Below, one piece after another: positions 12,020 through 25,148 of a stretch of 64,000 bases of DNA. The notes under the pieces are model-generated. The model saw nothing but the letters and a program-made list of their open reading frames with translations, did not search any database and was not told the origin of the DNA. The translations under genes were made by a program, and so were the position numbers. Position 1 is the stretch's first letter. Each line of letters begins with the position of its first letter. Source of the stretch: Raillietiella orientalis (taxonomy: Eukaryota); assembly GCA_036172245.1 (NCBI GenBank), contig JAYWIR010000087.1:124001-188000 (forward strand), written 5' to 3'.

Positions 12020-14946
12020 CGGGAATTCGGCGAAGGGGCTCGCTAGGAACGCGCATATTTGCACGCGCGTCGTCACGAGAGGCACCCCAATGTCCGTCGC
12101 CTGGCCGAATACTGCGCCGGAACCCAGCGACAATCCTGGCAATCCGGGTCATCCAGCATGCTGGTAAACTTCGGCCGGGAACGTTCGTCCCCGTCTGCGG
12201 TGCGGAATCTCCTGCAATGTTTTGATTCCTCCCTTTACGCCAAAACACCACTTGAACAAGACGCCTCGTAGCGATTGCTCATGAGTGGTTCCGTGGCGAT
12301 AAGGGAGGAGGGAGAATTTCACGACTGGTGAAATTCTCGTCGGTATCAAAAGGCTCAAGAGTCGTAAGGCTCCAGGTGAGGACGGCTTGCCCGCGGAGTT
12401 CTTTCAGAGTTTCGCGGAAGAGCTGGCCCCCCTGGTGGTCGAGTTGACAAGGCGAATCCGAGAAGAAGGCGATGTTCCCGCCTAGTTTTGAACAGCCAGG
12501 GTGAGGCTCCTCCCAAAGGGAGGAGACCTCAGCAAACTATGCAACTGGAGTCCGATGAGGATTGTGAACACGGACGCCAAGTTGATTGCCGGGCTGTGGG
12601 CGCGTCTCGTTTGGGGCAGGTGTCCAATTCCATAATTAGCCCGCAGCAGACTTACGCTGTTCCCGGACGAAGTATGGAGGACAACCTCTTCTTCGCGAGC
12701 ACATGGATGCACGCGCAGCAGTGTAAGAGAGAAGGGAAAGGGAGAATTTGCAACCCTACTTTGGAGCCGCCAGTGAGACAGAGTAGGGACCCTCATGCGG
12801 AAAAGAGGGCCTTAGCGACCGCAGTCGACCTTCATATGGCATTCGACTGTGTTGACCAGGAACTCCTCTTGGAGCTCCTGCATCGAATGCGCTTCCCACC
12901 CTCCTTGATTACCTACCTGCGCTCTTGCTGGCGGAACGCAATAATCTCGATTACCTTCAGTGGACAAAAGGTGTATGGCGTGCCGGTGCGGCGGGGCATA
13001 AGGCAGGGCGAATGCCTCAGCCCCCTGCTTTTTAGAACCTACGCTGAGTTCGTGCTGAGTGCGTACAGGGTGACTTCGGGCCCCTTGCCGAGGTCGTGCC
13101 CCGGCACTCCAGCCGTAGCGGCGTATGCCGACGATCTTCTGCTCCTCCTACCTATGTGCACCCCGGCGAAGGCGGTCAAAGATTTTTTCGACCTGCTTAG
13201 CCGTGGGTCCGTATTAAAGGTTACCAGTGCGAAGTCGTCGGTGTTGCCAGTAGGAACGACGTGGGCAGGGCAGAAGGACTGGGTCCGTCTGGGGATCCCC
13301 ACGGTGAGGTGCATCCAGTACCTCGGTGTGCCGTTGGGAAACTTCTCACTTGTGCGTGCGTGCTCCAGCTAACTCCAAAAAGTAGAGACGGCGATCGGGC
13401 CGTTCCTGGAAGGCAAGTTTCATTTGACGGAACGGGACGCGGTTTGGAACGCCTTCGCGGCCCCCATCCTCCGCCCCTTGGTTTTTGTTTGCTCCGCTTC
13501 CCTGGAATCTTAAAAGCGGACGAGGGACCTCCTCCTCATAACTCTTTGGAACAAGGGGAGGCCCCGAGTCCCTTTGAAGGACTTGTGCGCTCCGCGGCGG
13601 GACGGCGGTATCAGCATCCTGAAGCTGGAGCGCGTGGAAATCCAGCTACGATGACGGAATCTCGCCATCGCAGCGAAGATGTGGAGCACTGCTTCGTGCA
13701 TTCAGGCCCGCCTCTTGGCCAGCCGTGTGTCCCGCTGCAAAGGACTCGCATCGTTTCTTCTGTGCCCTGGCCGGAACATTCGAAGATGCGGTCTACTGCT
13801 CGGCCGCATGACAACCCTGGCAAAGGAGAACGACTGGATGGTTTGTGGCCCTGCCAACTCCTTCGCTTGGCTGGAAGAGACTGCTGGCACCTGGGCCAAG
13901 CAGAACCAGAGGTGCGAACACCGGATGAACTGCCTACGATTCGGCTTTTACGCCCGCCGAACACCGTGAAATTCTTGAATTTCCACCGAGTTCACATGGG
14001 CGGAAGGCACACCCCTTGTTACGGCGATGCCCTTCCTCCAAAGAGCGCTTCACGAAAGCCGGAAGCCAAGGTGGCAAGTCTGCTGCCGTATCGCAGGCAG
14101 AGAGCAGATGATGAGCAGCTGGACCATGGTTGAGATGACAGATGCAACGACCCCTAGTCTCCAGCCGCGTGGATTGAGAAGATGGGGCGAGGTGCTCGGC
14201 ATTCGATTGCATGATCTGGATTGGCCCCCGGTTCTACTTGGATCCAGGATTCTTCCCCTGAAGTGGAAAGAATCGGCGCTTCTGTGGCTGCATTGAAGTC
14301 TACCCTGCAACGCGCGCCGCTTCCACTGGACCCGGGGAAGAGTAAATCCTGCGTGTGCCAGGTGTGGGGATCGGGAGTCGCTCCCCCACCTCCTAGTCGA
14401 ATGCCCTGCCATTCGGATTCTTTGGAATCGTCTTAAAACGGCACTTGCGATACCAAATGGTGGCAATGTTGGATGTGTCTTCAGTCCTTTCTTCGTCCGG
14501 GACGCCCTGAGTCCAGCCGCAGCCCTGGCTGCACTTTGCTGGATTCGTGGTATCGTGGCGGCCTGGAGTGATGCCGAAGATAAAGACTGCATCGTGAGGG
14601 ATGTCATCGAGTATGCTTCTCGCTTTCTGCAGAGGGCTACCCGATGACCGCATCTAGGGAAAATGAGACAGGGACCAGAAGGCATCCTTGAAAGGATGGG
14701 CCCTCTTAGCAGTTTTCTGTGATCCCTTCCCGGCCCTCCAAACTTTTTTTCGTGGTTTGTTTTTCTCTTTTATTTTGTTTTTGTCTTCTCCTCCATCCCT
14801 CTTTACTGCCGAGGAGACCCACACCGAGCTGCGTCCCGGTGTCCCGGCATTTCCGGTATTGCGTTTCCGTCAGTGGGGCCTTGTACCACGTTCTGTATTG
14901 ACCGTTGAAATGTTTTTAATAAACCTCCAGGCGTATCCGCGTGGCA
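12020..14946 (+). mobile_element. 3' part of family A element (linker, RT, zinc finger, 3' UTR)
   Basis: Begins at REFGEG. ORF 12488-13372 has AVDLHMAFD, GIRQGECLSP, YADD, QYLGV. A CARC..ESLPHLLVEC finger lies near 14350-14405. It ends AATAAACCTCCAGGCGTATCCGCGTGGCA. Confidence 0.9.
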
Positions 14947-16586
14947 TCGCCGAAACCTAGAGGGAGATGGTTCAGGGAAAACCGGTCGAAGAACTCGCGG
15001 ACTGAGCTCTTCAAGTCGTCCCAGTCCGGGAGCGACTGCAGATGGAAGTCTTGCCGGAACAAGCAAATATGTTGCGCTGCTCCTGCGAGGCGCAACCAGT
15101 CCCTTGGCAAATGCCACGCTGTGGAGGGTGGACCTCTACCACGAGGGTGTATTTATATCACGAGCCGGGGATGGTCGGAAAGTTCGGATGGCACTGCCCC
15201 TCGATTTCCCACCCGTGAACAAAGGTGGTTGTCGAGGAACATGTGGTCGTTCCTCGTTTCCGTCCCGGCGTCACCGGCCAACAAGTTGCGCGCGTGCATG
15301 GCAGCGCACATCTCGTTGACCAGCTGTGCGCGAAAGTCGGGCGCACCTGCCAGCAGGCGGACGTTAAAGTCCCAGGCAATGAGGTGCGCCTTTCGCATGT
15401 CTGCTTCGGCCAGCCAATCTCGCCGCAGGCCTTCGAAGAACGCAGTGCGTTCCCTTCGCCTGTGGCTCGTGCCGGACGCGTACACGTTGGTCACGACGAG
15501 GTCGATCGCGTCGGACCACTTAGCAACAAGCTGCCCGATTTGACCTTCCCCGTCGAAGTGCACGTCGCGAAGCGCATTAACAACGGCTGGCTTCAGCATG
15601 AAAGCCACACCGCGGGTGCGGTCTCTCCTGTTCTCGTATAGTAGCCGCACGCCTGCGATCCGTTCGATTTCCTGGGCCTCCTCTGCGTGGAGCACGTGCG
15701 TCTCCTGCAGAAGCGCCAGGTCGAAGTCCCGCAGGCTAACGGCCACATCTCTGCTCTTGCCCTCGTCGCGTAAACCGTTGACGTTCCAACAGATTACGCG
15801 CAGTCGCCGGCAGGAGGAGAGTCCACGCGTTGGTGTGTTTATGGTGTTTGCTTATTGTCCTCCTGCTGCTGTGCAGCAAGCGTGAGTTGTGTGTCCATTG
15901 CGATATGCTGTTCCTCGGAAGAAGGCGGTCCGTCGGTGGTTGTGGTGGTGGTTGCAGGATACTTCTCCGCCGAGACCGCCTGCGGCGAGGAGTCGCGAGA
16001 CCTAGCGGACATCGCCTCTTCGTCGTCGTGGTCCGACCTCATTTCTTCCTCCGCCGCTGGAGGTGCGGAGCGCCGCGGGTTGCCTACCTTGCGGTCCGCT
16101 TTGCGCTTCGGCAGAGCGACAGCCGGAGCGTTCCCGGCATCGGCTTCGGACTCGGAAGTCTCCGGTCCTTTCGCCTCAGTTGGACGCCTAAAGACCTTCT
16201 TCTCGGCCTTAAGAGCTTGCTGGAGCATGGCTGCCAACTCTTCCGCCGCCTTTTTGTAATCCCGGTCGTCGCTGCTCACGCTGGACTCGCGACTTTGTCG
16301 CGGAGTCGTCGTTCGCGCGGCGGCATGTGGTTTACACCCGGATGTGCCGGGGCATTTATTTCTTAGAAATAAAATTACAGAAAAATGTTGCGTGGCGAAC
16401 CCGAAGGTTCACCACTCCAAAACAGCTTGCTGGTTACCGGCTCCGTGCCGGAGAGGTCCATCCGATGCGCGGGGGTTGGGAAAGAAAAAAAACAAAAAAC
16501 AAACAAAAAGTTGAAGTATGGGAAGAAACAAATGTTTTGGGAATGGGAGGGCAGGGAGGGGATCACCGTGCGCGCGGATAGGTCCT

Positions 16587-19500
16587 CTAGATCCTATTCA
16601 GGATCCGTACAAGCTGAGTAATATCTGCGCCCAAGTGGCGCCACTTGCAGACGTCTCGGACGAATAGGCGAGTGAACCGTAAGGCATTGCCGGTTGGCTG
16701 ACGTCTTCTTCTGGTGGCGTTCCAGGCCGCAACGATCCCTCGAATGCAGCAGAGGACTGCCTCAGAAGAGGGGGGGGACAAGGCGTCACTACGGAAGAGG
16801 AGCCTAAAAACGTCCTTAGGGTCGCATCCGCGCAAGTCCAGGATCGCCGTAAGGCGATCCCATAAAGGGCGGATGGCACTGCACTCGATGAGAAGGTAGG
16901 GGAAGGTCTCTTTTTCCCCGCACCGGTCACAATAAGGATCCACAGCCCCCCGGGTTGTGTGATGAAGGCGTGCTTTGAATGGAAGTCCCCAGAGGACCAC
17001 AAGGAAAGCCACATCCTGCCATTTCAGGGGGAGGGATGCACTGTTCCAGGACGCTGAAGGCCACTTCATCTCCTCCGGAGATAGTCCGAGTAGCTCGCCC
17101 CAGCGTCGAATTCCGTTGGGCGGGACACTCGGCGTCGCAGCGTCAGCTAGCTGCCGAGATGTCCACGCCTTTATCGATTTTGTCCTGCCGCCTATAGTGC
17201 AGGACACGGTCCATTTCCCCTGCTCGCTACTGTCCCTGGCATTCACAAGGAAGGGCAGCACTGGGGCGAGGGGGGTTATCAAGGCCCACAGAAGCTTGTC
17301 GTGGGACTGCACGATCTCCTGCAGCGTCCAGCGGGCGTGCCTATTCATACAAGTGTTCCTTGTGCCCGCCGGAACTTGGATCTTTTCCCAGGTGGAGACT
17401 GACTCGTGCAAACAGGCGGAGTAGTTCCCTGGGAGCCAGGAGATCCAAGGGTTCTCCCGAACCGCAACAAAGATGCGTCGCAGCATAGAGCCACAGTATG
17501 GTCTTCTGCAGACGCGCGCAGACAGAAACGACAAAAGTCCGTCGAATCCGCAGGCTCATTGGGCCAGGAAGCGTGCTGAAACGCACCAAGGCGTGTCCCA
17601 CAATTCCGCCGCAAGGGCGAGAGTCCTCAATCTGAGTTGTAGTTCAATGCGCTCCAGCGTAACAACGCCTAGTCCTCCGTCCTTACGTGGAGCGCACAAG
17701 TCTTTGAGCCTCACACGGGACCTCCCTTTGCCCCAAAGGACTGTCCTCAGGAGACCCGCTGCTCGTTTTCGGATAAAATAAAAGGCGGGGCAAACAAAAA
17801 GTAGGGGGCGAAGGAGGGGAGCCGGAAACGCGTACCACACCGCGGCCCGTTCCTGCAAGTAGAACCTGCATTCTTGGAACGGACCGATCGCCAACGCTGC
17901 CTTTTGGAGACGGTCGGACCAGGCTTCTGCTGCGCAGAAGTCCCCCAACGGTACGCCGAGGTACTTGAAGCACCTGCCCGTGGGGATCCCCAATCGGATC
18001 CAGTCCGACCGTCCAGCCCACGCCGAACCGACGAAGACCATGGACGACTTCGCCCTGTTCACCTCCAGGCCCGTCCCGCGGCGCAGCAACTCGAAGAAGT
18101 CCTCGAGTGCACTCGCCGGGGTGGACCCGGGAAGCAGCAGCAGAAGATCGTCTGCATAGGCCGACACGGCAGGCGTGCCGGCACACGAGCTCGGCAGTTT
18201 TGCCAGAGTTACCCTGTATGCCCTCAGCACCAACTCGAAGTAGATGCTGAAGAGCAAGGGGCTCAGGCTGTCACCCTGCCGGATGCCGCGGCGTACGGGC
18301 ACGCCGTACACGTGCCGGCCGCTGAAACCGATATTGATTGACGCGTTGCGTCAGCAGGAGCGCAGGAAAGATTGAAGCACGGCGGGGAAACCCCTTGCGT
18401 TCCAGGAGCTCCAGAAGGAGATCCTGGTCGACGCAGTCGAATGCTTTGTGCAAATCGACCGCGACGGCAAAGGCTCCCGCCGTAACCATCCCACCCTCTG
18501 CCCGATCTTCTCGGTCAGAGGGGGGCGCGAGGCATCCTTGACCGTCCTGTGCAACGCGTTGTCGCAACTGCCACCATGAACTGGCGAGGAGCAGGTTGGC
18601 CTCCATGGTTCGTCCGGGAACAGCATAGGTCTGCTCGGGACTCACCACGGAAGCGGCCACCCGCCCCAAACGCTCAGCTTACAACTTGGCATACAACTTT
18701 GAGTCCGCATTCACTACTGTGATGGGACTCCAGTTGCCAATGTTGCGTAAGTCTCCTGACTTCGGCAGGAGACGTACTTTAGCTGACCGGAACGAGGAGG
18801 GAACTTCGCCGTGTTCGCGGATCAGCGCACTTAACCTGAGCACCAGGGGGGCCAGCTCTGGCGCGAAGCGATGGTAAAACTCCGCGGGCAGGCCGACCTA
18901 CCCTGGTGCCTTCCTTCTCTTGAGCCTGTTGATGGCGGAGATGATCTCCGCCATCGTGAACGGTTCCGCCAATCTGGAACGGTCCTCCTCCTTGAGCGCG
19001 GGAGCGGCATCCGGCAGCAGGCGCTGCGCTAAATGGCGCTCAGGTGTTAGTGGCGCGTACAAGGAGGAATAAAACTCCCGCACGATGCGGCTCACCTGGG
19101 CTGGGCTGGAGCGTTCTTGGCCCTGATGATCCAGCAGGCAGGCCGAGCCTGACTGCCAGGCCTGCCTCTCCGCCTCAGCCTTGAATTCAGCCAGGCGACG
19201 GACGTCGGGACGCCGGGAATAACGGCGCGCCTGGAGGTACGCCCGCTCGTTCCTGACACCCTCACCGAAGCCCGGCGGGAGACGTTCCAGCGGAAACTGG
19301 TCGCAAAACTCACGGACTGAGCACTTCATTTCGTCCCAGTCCGCGAGCGTCTGAAGCTGGAATCCTCGCAGGAAACACCGTAGATGTTCCGCCGCTCCTG
19401 CGAGGCGCAACCAATCCCCTGGCAGGCGCCATGTTTTCAGGGGAGGGCCCTTATTGTGCGGATGTAACTCGAGCACGAGCCGTGGATCGTCGGACAGCTC

Positions 19501-20145
19501 TGCCGGGAGCTTTCCTCGAGTTCCCACCCGCGTGCACAGGTGGTTGTCGAGGAACATGTGGTCGATGTTCCGATCTCTCCCGGCATCGCCGGCGAACAAG
19601 TTGCGCGCATGCATGGCTGCGCACAACTCGTTGACCAGCTGTGCTCGTCCGCTGAACGCACCTGCCAGCAGGCGGAGATTGAAATCACCCGCAATGAGGT
19701 GCGCCCTTCGCACGCCTGCTTCGGTCAACCAGTCTCGCCGCAAGGTTTCGAAGAACGCAGTGCGTTCCTCGGCCCTGCGGCTGCTCACCGGAGCGTACAG
19801 GTTCGTGACTACGAGGTCGATCGAGTCGGACCACTTGAACACAAGCTGCCCAACTCGACCATCCCCGTCGAACCGTGCACTGCGCAGTGAGTTGTCGACG
19901 GTTGGCTTTAGCAGAAAGGCCACTCCGCAGGAGTTGTCCGTTCCGTTCCTCCACAGTAGCCGCCCTCCCGCGATTCTTTCCATTTCCTGGACATCTCCCG
20001 GTCGGAGAACGTGCGTCTCTTGCAGGAGCACCAGGTCGAAATCTCGCAGTATGGCGGCTACATCTCGCCTCTTTCCGTCGTCGCGCAACCCGTTGACATT
20101 CCAACAGGTGATGCGCAAGCGGCGGCAGAAGGCGAGCCCACGCAC
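16587..20145 (-). pseudogene. ORF2 AP endonuclease / RT / C-terminal CCHC finger, disrupted
   Basis: ORFs 18898-20145 (EN and linker), 18271-18669 (AVDLHKAFD), 17556-18311 (GIRQGDSLSP, YADD, KYLGV) and 16587-17534 (CDRC..ETFPYLLIEC). Confidence 0.93.
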
Positions 20146-20153
20146 TGATGCGT

Positions 20154-21821
20154 TTATTGTGGGGTGGAGGCGGCCTTCTCCCTTGCGGGAGGCGGCTTGT
20201 TGGCGGCCGTGACGACGGTCGGCTGCTCACACGGGAGCACGTCGTCCACAGGGACTTCCATGGGGCTGGCTTCCGAGACACGGATCGGAGAGGGGTCGCG
20301 TGGCGCGACGCACATTGCCTCCTCCTCCGTGCCCGAGGACATGGCCTCCTCCACCTGCGGAGGGGCGACCCATCTCGGGCAACCGGTCTTCTTGCCAGCC
20401 TTCCTCTTCGGCACGGCTGCGGAAGTAGAACAACCGGCTTCGGTTTCGGACTCGGAATTTTATGGGCCCTTCGCCGTTGCCGGTCGTCTTAAGGCCTTCT
20501 TCTCGGCCTTGGCAGGCTGCCGTAACATGGCTGCCAGCTCTTCCGCGGCTTGCGCGAAGGTTGCGTCCGTTATGCGCGCCGCCTCCTCGCTTTCCGCACC
20601 GACGCTTTGCGCAGGCGCGACAGGGGCGGCTTCATCGATCGGCGCGCAGATGTCCTTCGCTGGCAATGCCGGAACGGCATTGTCGTCAGCTGATGGTGAC
20701 GTCACTGCGGGCACGACCGGCTCAGGATCGACGGTATCGATCACCTTTACCGTTACTTTCTTTACGGCTCTGGCGATCGAGACGCGTTCGATCTTCATCG
20801 TACAAGCGCGGACGACCGGTTTCGGCTTTTTCGGCGCCGCCTTGTTCATCTTTTTTGCCTCCTTCTTCTGGGGCTTCTTCTTTCCTACCTTTTGCCAACC
20901 TTCCTCGTTCTCGGCGCTTTCTCCAGCTGGTTGTTCGCTGGAGGATGGCTGAGCAGCGGGTTGGTCGGCAGGGCAGGGTTCTGCCAGTTGTTGGCTTCGG
21001 TCCTTTTCCTTTGGCGTCTCTTCCTTCCTCGCGCCTGACGGAACGGACCTTTTTCGGTTGGGGCACATCCGCCTGATGTGCCCCTTCTCCCCACAGCCCA
21101 AGCACACGATGTTGGGGCATTTCTTTTTCAAATGCCCCGACATCTGGCAAAAGCCGCAGTATACGAGTTTCCCCACATACCACAGGTCGATCTCCTCCTC
21201 CCCGACCTGCAGTCTGTGGGGTAGCCCACCCTCGGCACGTACCGTCACACGCGCAGCGGCGTAACCACTAAATGCCCTGGTGTAACCCAGGACATTGGGT
21301 TTTGCCCACAACGCGTGAACGGTCCCGAACTTCTCTAACGATTCTCGCCCGGCGCTCTTTGCCATGCGCATCGTTATGCCGGTCAAATGCACCACGATGG
21401 AGTTGTCCGCCGTGAACGGGAAGATCCTTCTCCCGTTCACGGTCACCGGCAGGCGGAGCAGCTGCTGAGCCATCCCTGCAGACTTGCAGTTCAGCTCAAC
21501 CAGCTGCCCGCCACTCCTAACCGAAAGTCCGAGGACTTCGTCCTCCGGGACTTTCAATTTCTTGAACTCGGCCGCGAACGACCGCAAAACCGCGGGGGAG
21601 TACAGGCCACCTACCTTGTATAACAAGGCCGGGTTATACCCGTCGGCCATGTAGGCCCGCTGTTCCTGTGCGGGGGGCGGCGCAGGCGCCGCCACCACCG
21701 CGCTCCAAGCCCTCGCCGGGGCGGGGGACGATTCCGTGGGGGAGATGGCCCCCACATCCATGGGCTGGGGGGACGAGGCTCGCTCGCCCCCCTCCGCCGT
21801 CTTTGCGGCGTCCTCGGGCAT
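20154..21821 (-). pseudogene. ORF1 gag-like protein, two CCHC knuckles, one premature stop
   Basis: ORF 20460-21944 has CGFCQMSGHLKKKC and CLGCGEKGHIRRMC and continues in frame as 20154-20414. The likely start is the ATG at 21821. Confidence 0.85.
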
Positions 21822-24800
21822 CTCTGCCCAGGAACAACCGCTCACAGCTGAAAACCCCGAAAACACTCGCGAGAAAAACGCGGAGCACCACAAAAGCACG
21901 TCCACCCTCTCAGGCGGCGGGTTGAACAGCTGGCGTGACGTCACAACGCATCGATCCGTCAGCGGAGCGAGTATCGATCGCCGGCACGCGTTTGATGGCC
22001 ACGCTGCACGCTTTGATTGTTGGGCGTGGCGCGTCCTTTCCCTTGCCCTTCACCACTTTTCCGGTGCGGGCGCGGTTTTTTTGACGATTTTAACTTTGCG
22101 GGTGACCAGCTGCCAGCCTTCCTCGTCGGCAGTCTTTTCCGGAAGCTCCTGTACCGAGTCCCTTTCCTGCTGCGCGACTTTTGCCGGAGCCGACGGCTGA
22201 TCCCCTTTTGTGGGGTTTATCACTATTTTTGCCTTCCTTTCCTTCTTTTGCGGAAGTTGCGGCGTTGGAGCGACGTTTATCGGGCACACCACTTTGGTGT
22301 GGCCCTTCGCGCCGCACTTTGGGCAAACCGCGTCCGGGCACCGCTTTTTCAAATGCCCGAACGACTTACAGTTTCCACAAAATTTAGGTTTCCCCACAAA
22401 CCAAATGTCGACGAACTCGTCGCGAATTTGAAGCTTGTGGGGAAGCTGTACGCTTTCTTGAAGCGTTACGCGCGCGCCTACTCGCCCACTAAATGCACCG
22501 TTTACTCCGAAGGTGTTGGGCTTTCTCCACATCGCGAAAACGCTTGCGTATTTTTCCAGTTCAGCGCGGATGGCGTTCTCATCCATCCGCACTGTTGTCC
22601 CTGTTAGGTGGACCACAATGGAGTGGTCCACCGTGTGTGGGAGTAAATTCCTGCCCTCAAATTGTACGGGCGTGCAGAGCATCTTGTGGGTAAGAGCTGC
22701 ATCCTTGCAGATGAGCTCCGCCAACTGCCCTCCGCTCCGTATAGTGAGGCAAAGAATTTCATGGTCGGCAATGCCCATCTTTTTCATGGCATTGCCGAAC
22801 TTTCGCGCCCTTAACGGGGAATATAAATTGCCTACCTTGTACAGGAGGGCCGGATTGTAGCTCTCCGAATTGTAGGATTGCATTTCGGCGACGACATCGG
22901 GCGTTTCCGCCGCTGCCACCGCGCTCCAGGCCCTCGCCGTAGTGGCGGGTTCAGAAGAAGTGGTGGGGCGTGATCCCACCTCCTTTGGCTTGGGAGACGC
23001 GGTCTTCCCGCCTTTCTCACCTAAAACTGCGGCGTTCACAGGCATTTCTGCCTGTCAACGGCCTCCAAACACACACGAAACACCAGAAAAGAAAAACTCC
23101 CTATCCACGGAGCGCACAACAATTGCGTCCGCCGTGCACCGCGCAGTCAAGCGCTACTGGCGCACGCAGTCGGCTGAAGGTCTTGCCGCTGTTCGGCTAT
23201 CCGCCGCAACGCGCTCTTGAGCATGGAGAAGTGACGTTTTAGAGCTCGCCGCACTTCGGCAGGAGCCGTGCATTCCCGGGCCTGGTCGTCGAGCAGAATA
23301 GCTGCTCCAGACTGCCAGACCTGGCGCTCTGTCCTCGCCATGTACTCTGCGAGTTGCTTAACTTCCGCACGTCTCGAGAAGGTGCGCGCCTGCAGAAATG
23401 CTCTGCTATTGGCGACGTCTTCCCCGAAGCCGCGTGGTAGCAGGTGCAGTGGGAACCGGTCGCAAAACTCGCGAACCGATCTTTTAAGATCGTCCAAGTC
23501 TGCGAGTTTCCCGATGGCAAAGCCGCGAAGGAAGTATCGAAGATGCTGCGCCGCTTCCAAGTGACTCAGCCAATCCGCCGGCATCCTGCAAACATTGTTT
23601 GGAGGTCCCTTGCCCGGCCAAAGTAGCTCGAACTCCAGCGTATCATGGTACCATTACGTGGACGGCACCCTGTCTCTCCTTCCTACTCGCGAGAGTAGGT
23701 GTTCATAGAGGTAGAGGTGATCCAATAACCTTTCCAGTCGAGGCTCGCCAGCTTCCAAGTTTCGCGCGTGCACCGACGCGCATGCCTCTTCCACCCGCGA
23801 CCGTTCCGCCAGGGACCGCGTCTCGTTGGAAAGCAGGTGGACGTTGAAGTCCCCTGCTACGAGATGCGTTACTCTGGCTCCTGAGTTTCTGAGCCATTCG
23901 CTCTCCAGCACGTCAAAGAACTCGATTCGGTCGACACGCCGATAAAAGCCGCTCGGCGCGTAGACCTTCGTTACGACGAGGTCGATTGAATCTGACCACT
24001 TGAGTACAAGTTGGCCCATTCGCCCTTCCTGGTAGAATCGAACGCTGCGCTCCGCTACCGCCATCCTACTATTGACGAGAAAACCGACTCCGCACGATTG
24101 TGCAGAACCTTCTCGCCAGTACAGGGTGCCACCCGCGTGCTGTTCGATTTAGGCAACCTCCGCATCGGAGATGTCATGCATCTCCTGAAGGATCGCCAAA
24201 TCGCAATGTCGCAGGTTGTCTGACACGTCGCGCGTCTTTCCGTCCCTGCGCAGCCCATTGACGTTCCAACAGGCTACGCTGAATCGACGAAAAGAGACGA
24301 CTTCCTGCATTAAGGCTGGGAAGGTGAGTACAGATTTCTCGCCTCGTGCGGCGAGTGGTGACGAGACAGAGCGATCGATCTCGGAGACTGGACATCTCCA
24401 TTCAAAGCCGCACTGCTTGTTGCAGGTAGCTCAGTGGTGAGGTCCTTTTCCTCCTCTTTGCTCCCCAGCAACAGTTCCTCCTCGGCAATTACGCGCTTGC
24501 GGGTCTTCGGGAGGCGATTCCGCGGTTTCGAGCGGCTGTCGCCCTGTGTGCTCTTTCTGACCGACTCTGGATCAGAATTCGACAGTCGAGGGCTTGCAAG
24601 CCGATGCTGCTGTTTCCCGGAATTAGGGTAATTGTTCGCTGCCTGTTCCTTAGAGCTTTCTGCATCTGCGGCTGGGACTTTCGTCCTTTTAGCCACCGCA
24701 GCAGCTTCCCGCTCCAACCGCGAGAGGACGACTGCGCAGGAGGAAAGAATCGCAATCTTTTTCTGGGAAGATTTCGAGGGTTTCTTTCGCCCACTCACCT

Positions 24801-25148
24801 TCACACATAGCTTCGAAGACCTTGATGGTTTCTTTCTAATGATCTTTCTCACCTGCACCCAGCCGTCTTCCTTCGCGTCGCAGTTATCTTTGCCATCCTG
24901 AGATGGCGCTGCTTCCACGGATGTAAGAGGCGTTGCCTTGGCTGCCTCTTGGAGTGCTGCCTCCAGGCAGGCGTAAGCAACTCCCCTAGCGATCGCGAGA
25001 GCCTTGCGCACGGGCGGTATCGCCGCCGCTGAACGAAAGGGAGGCGTGATTATTGCTAGTTTAAAACTGCACCCAATACCCCGCCAAGGCACTGTTCAAA
25101 ACCACTGCCAAGGCAATTTTTGAGTGCCCTGAGAGAGCAAGTGTTTGA

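Larger units (their letters stand above)
16331..21911 (-). mobile_element. Full-length L1/Tx1-like retrotransposon, family C (~5.6 kb)
   Basis: 5' GAGAGGGTGGACGTGCTTTT and 3' AATAAATGCCCCGGCACATCCGGGTGTAAA. The flanks share a degenerate GGCGGC-containing duplication (16319-16329 vs 21913-21924). Confidence 0.92.
14947..23135 (-). mobile_element. Family C element, 5' half, split by the 16331-21911 insertion (pieces 21912-23135 and 14947-16330)
   Basis: ORF1 N-part 22050-23045 (CGNCKSFGHLKKRC, CPKCGAKGHTKVVC), ORF1 C-part 15839-16279, EN 15153-15790. It is cut at HLPLGFG by the 3' end of the 12020-14946 piece. Confidence 0.8.

Noticed and set aside
9579..14946. Twin-priming 5' inversion as the cause of head-to-head junctions
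   Set aside because: The equivalent junction at 37540 has a matching TSD at 54825, and 3' ends also abut the same site. Antisense insertion explains both observations.
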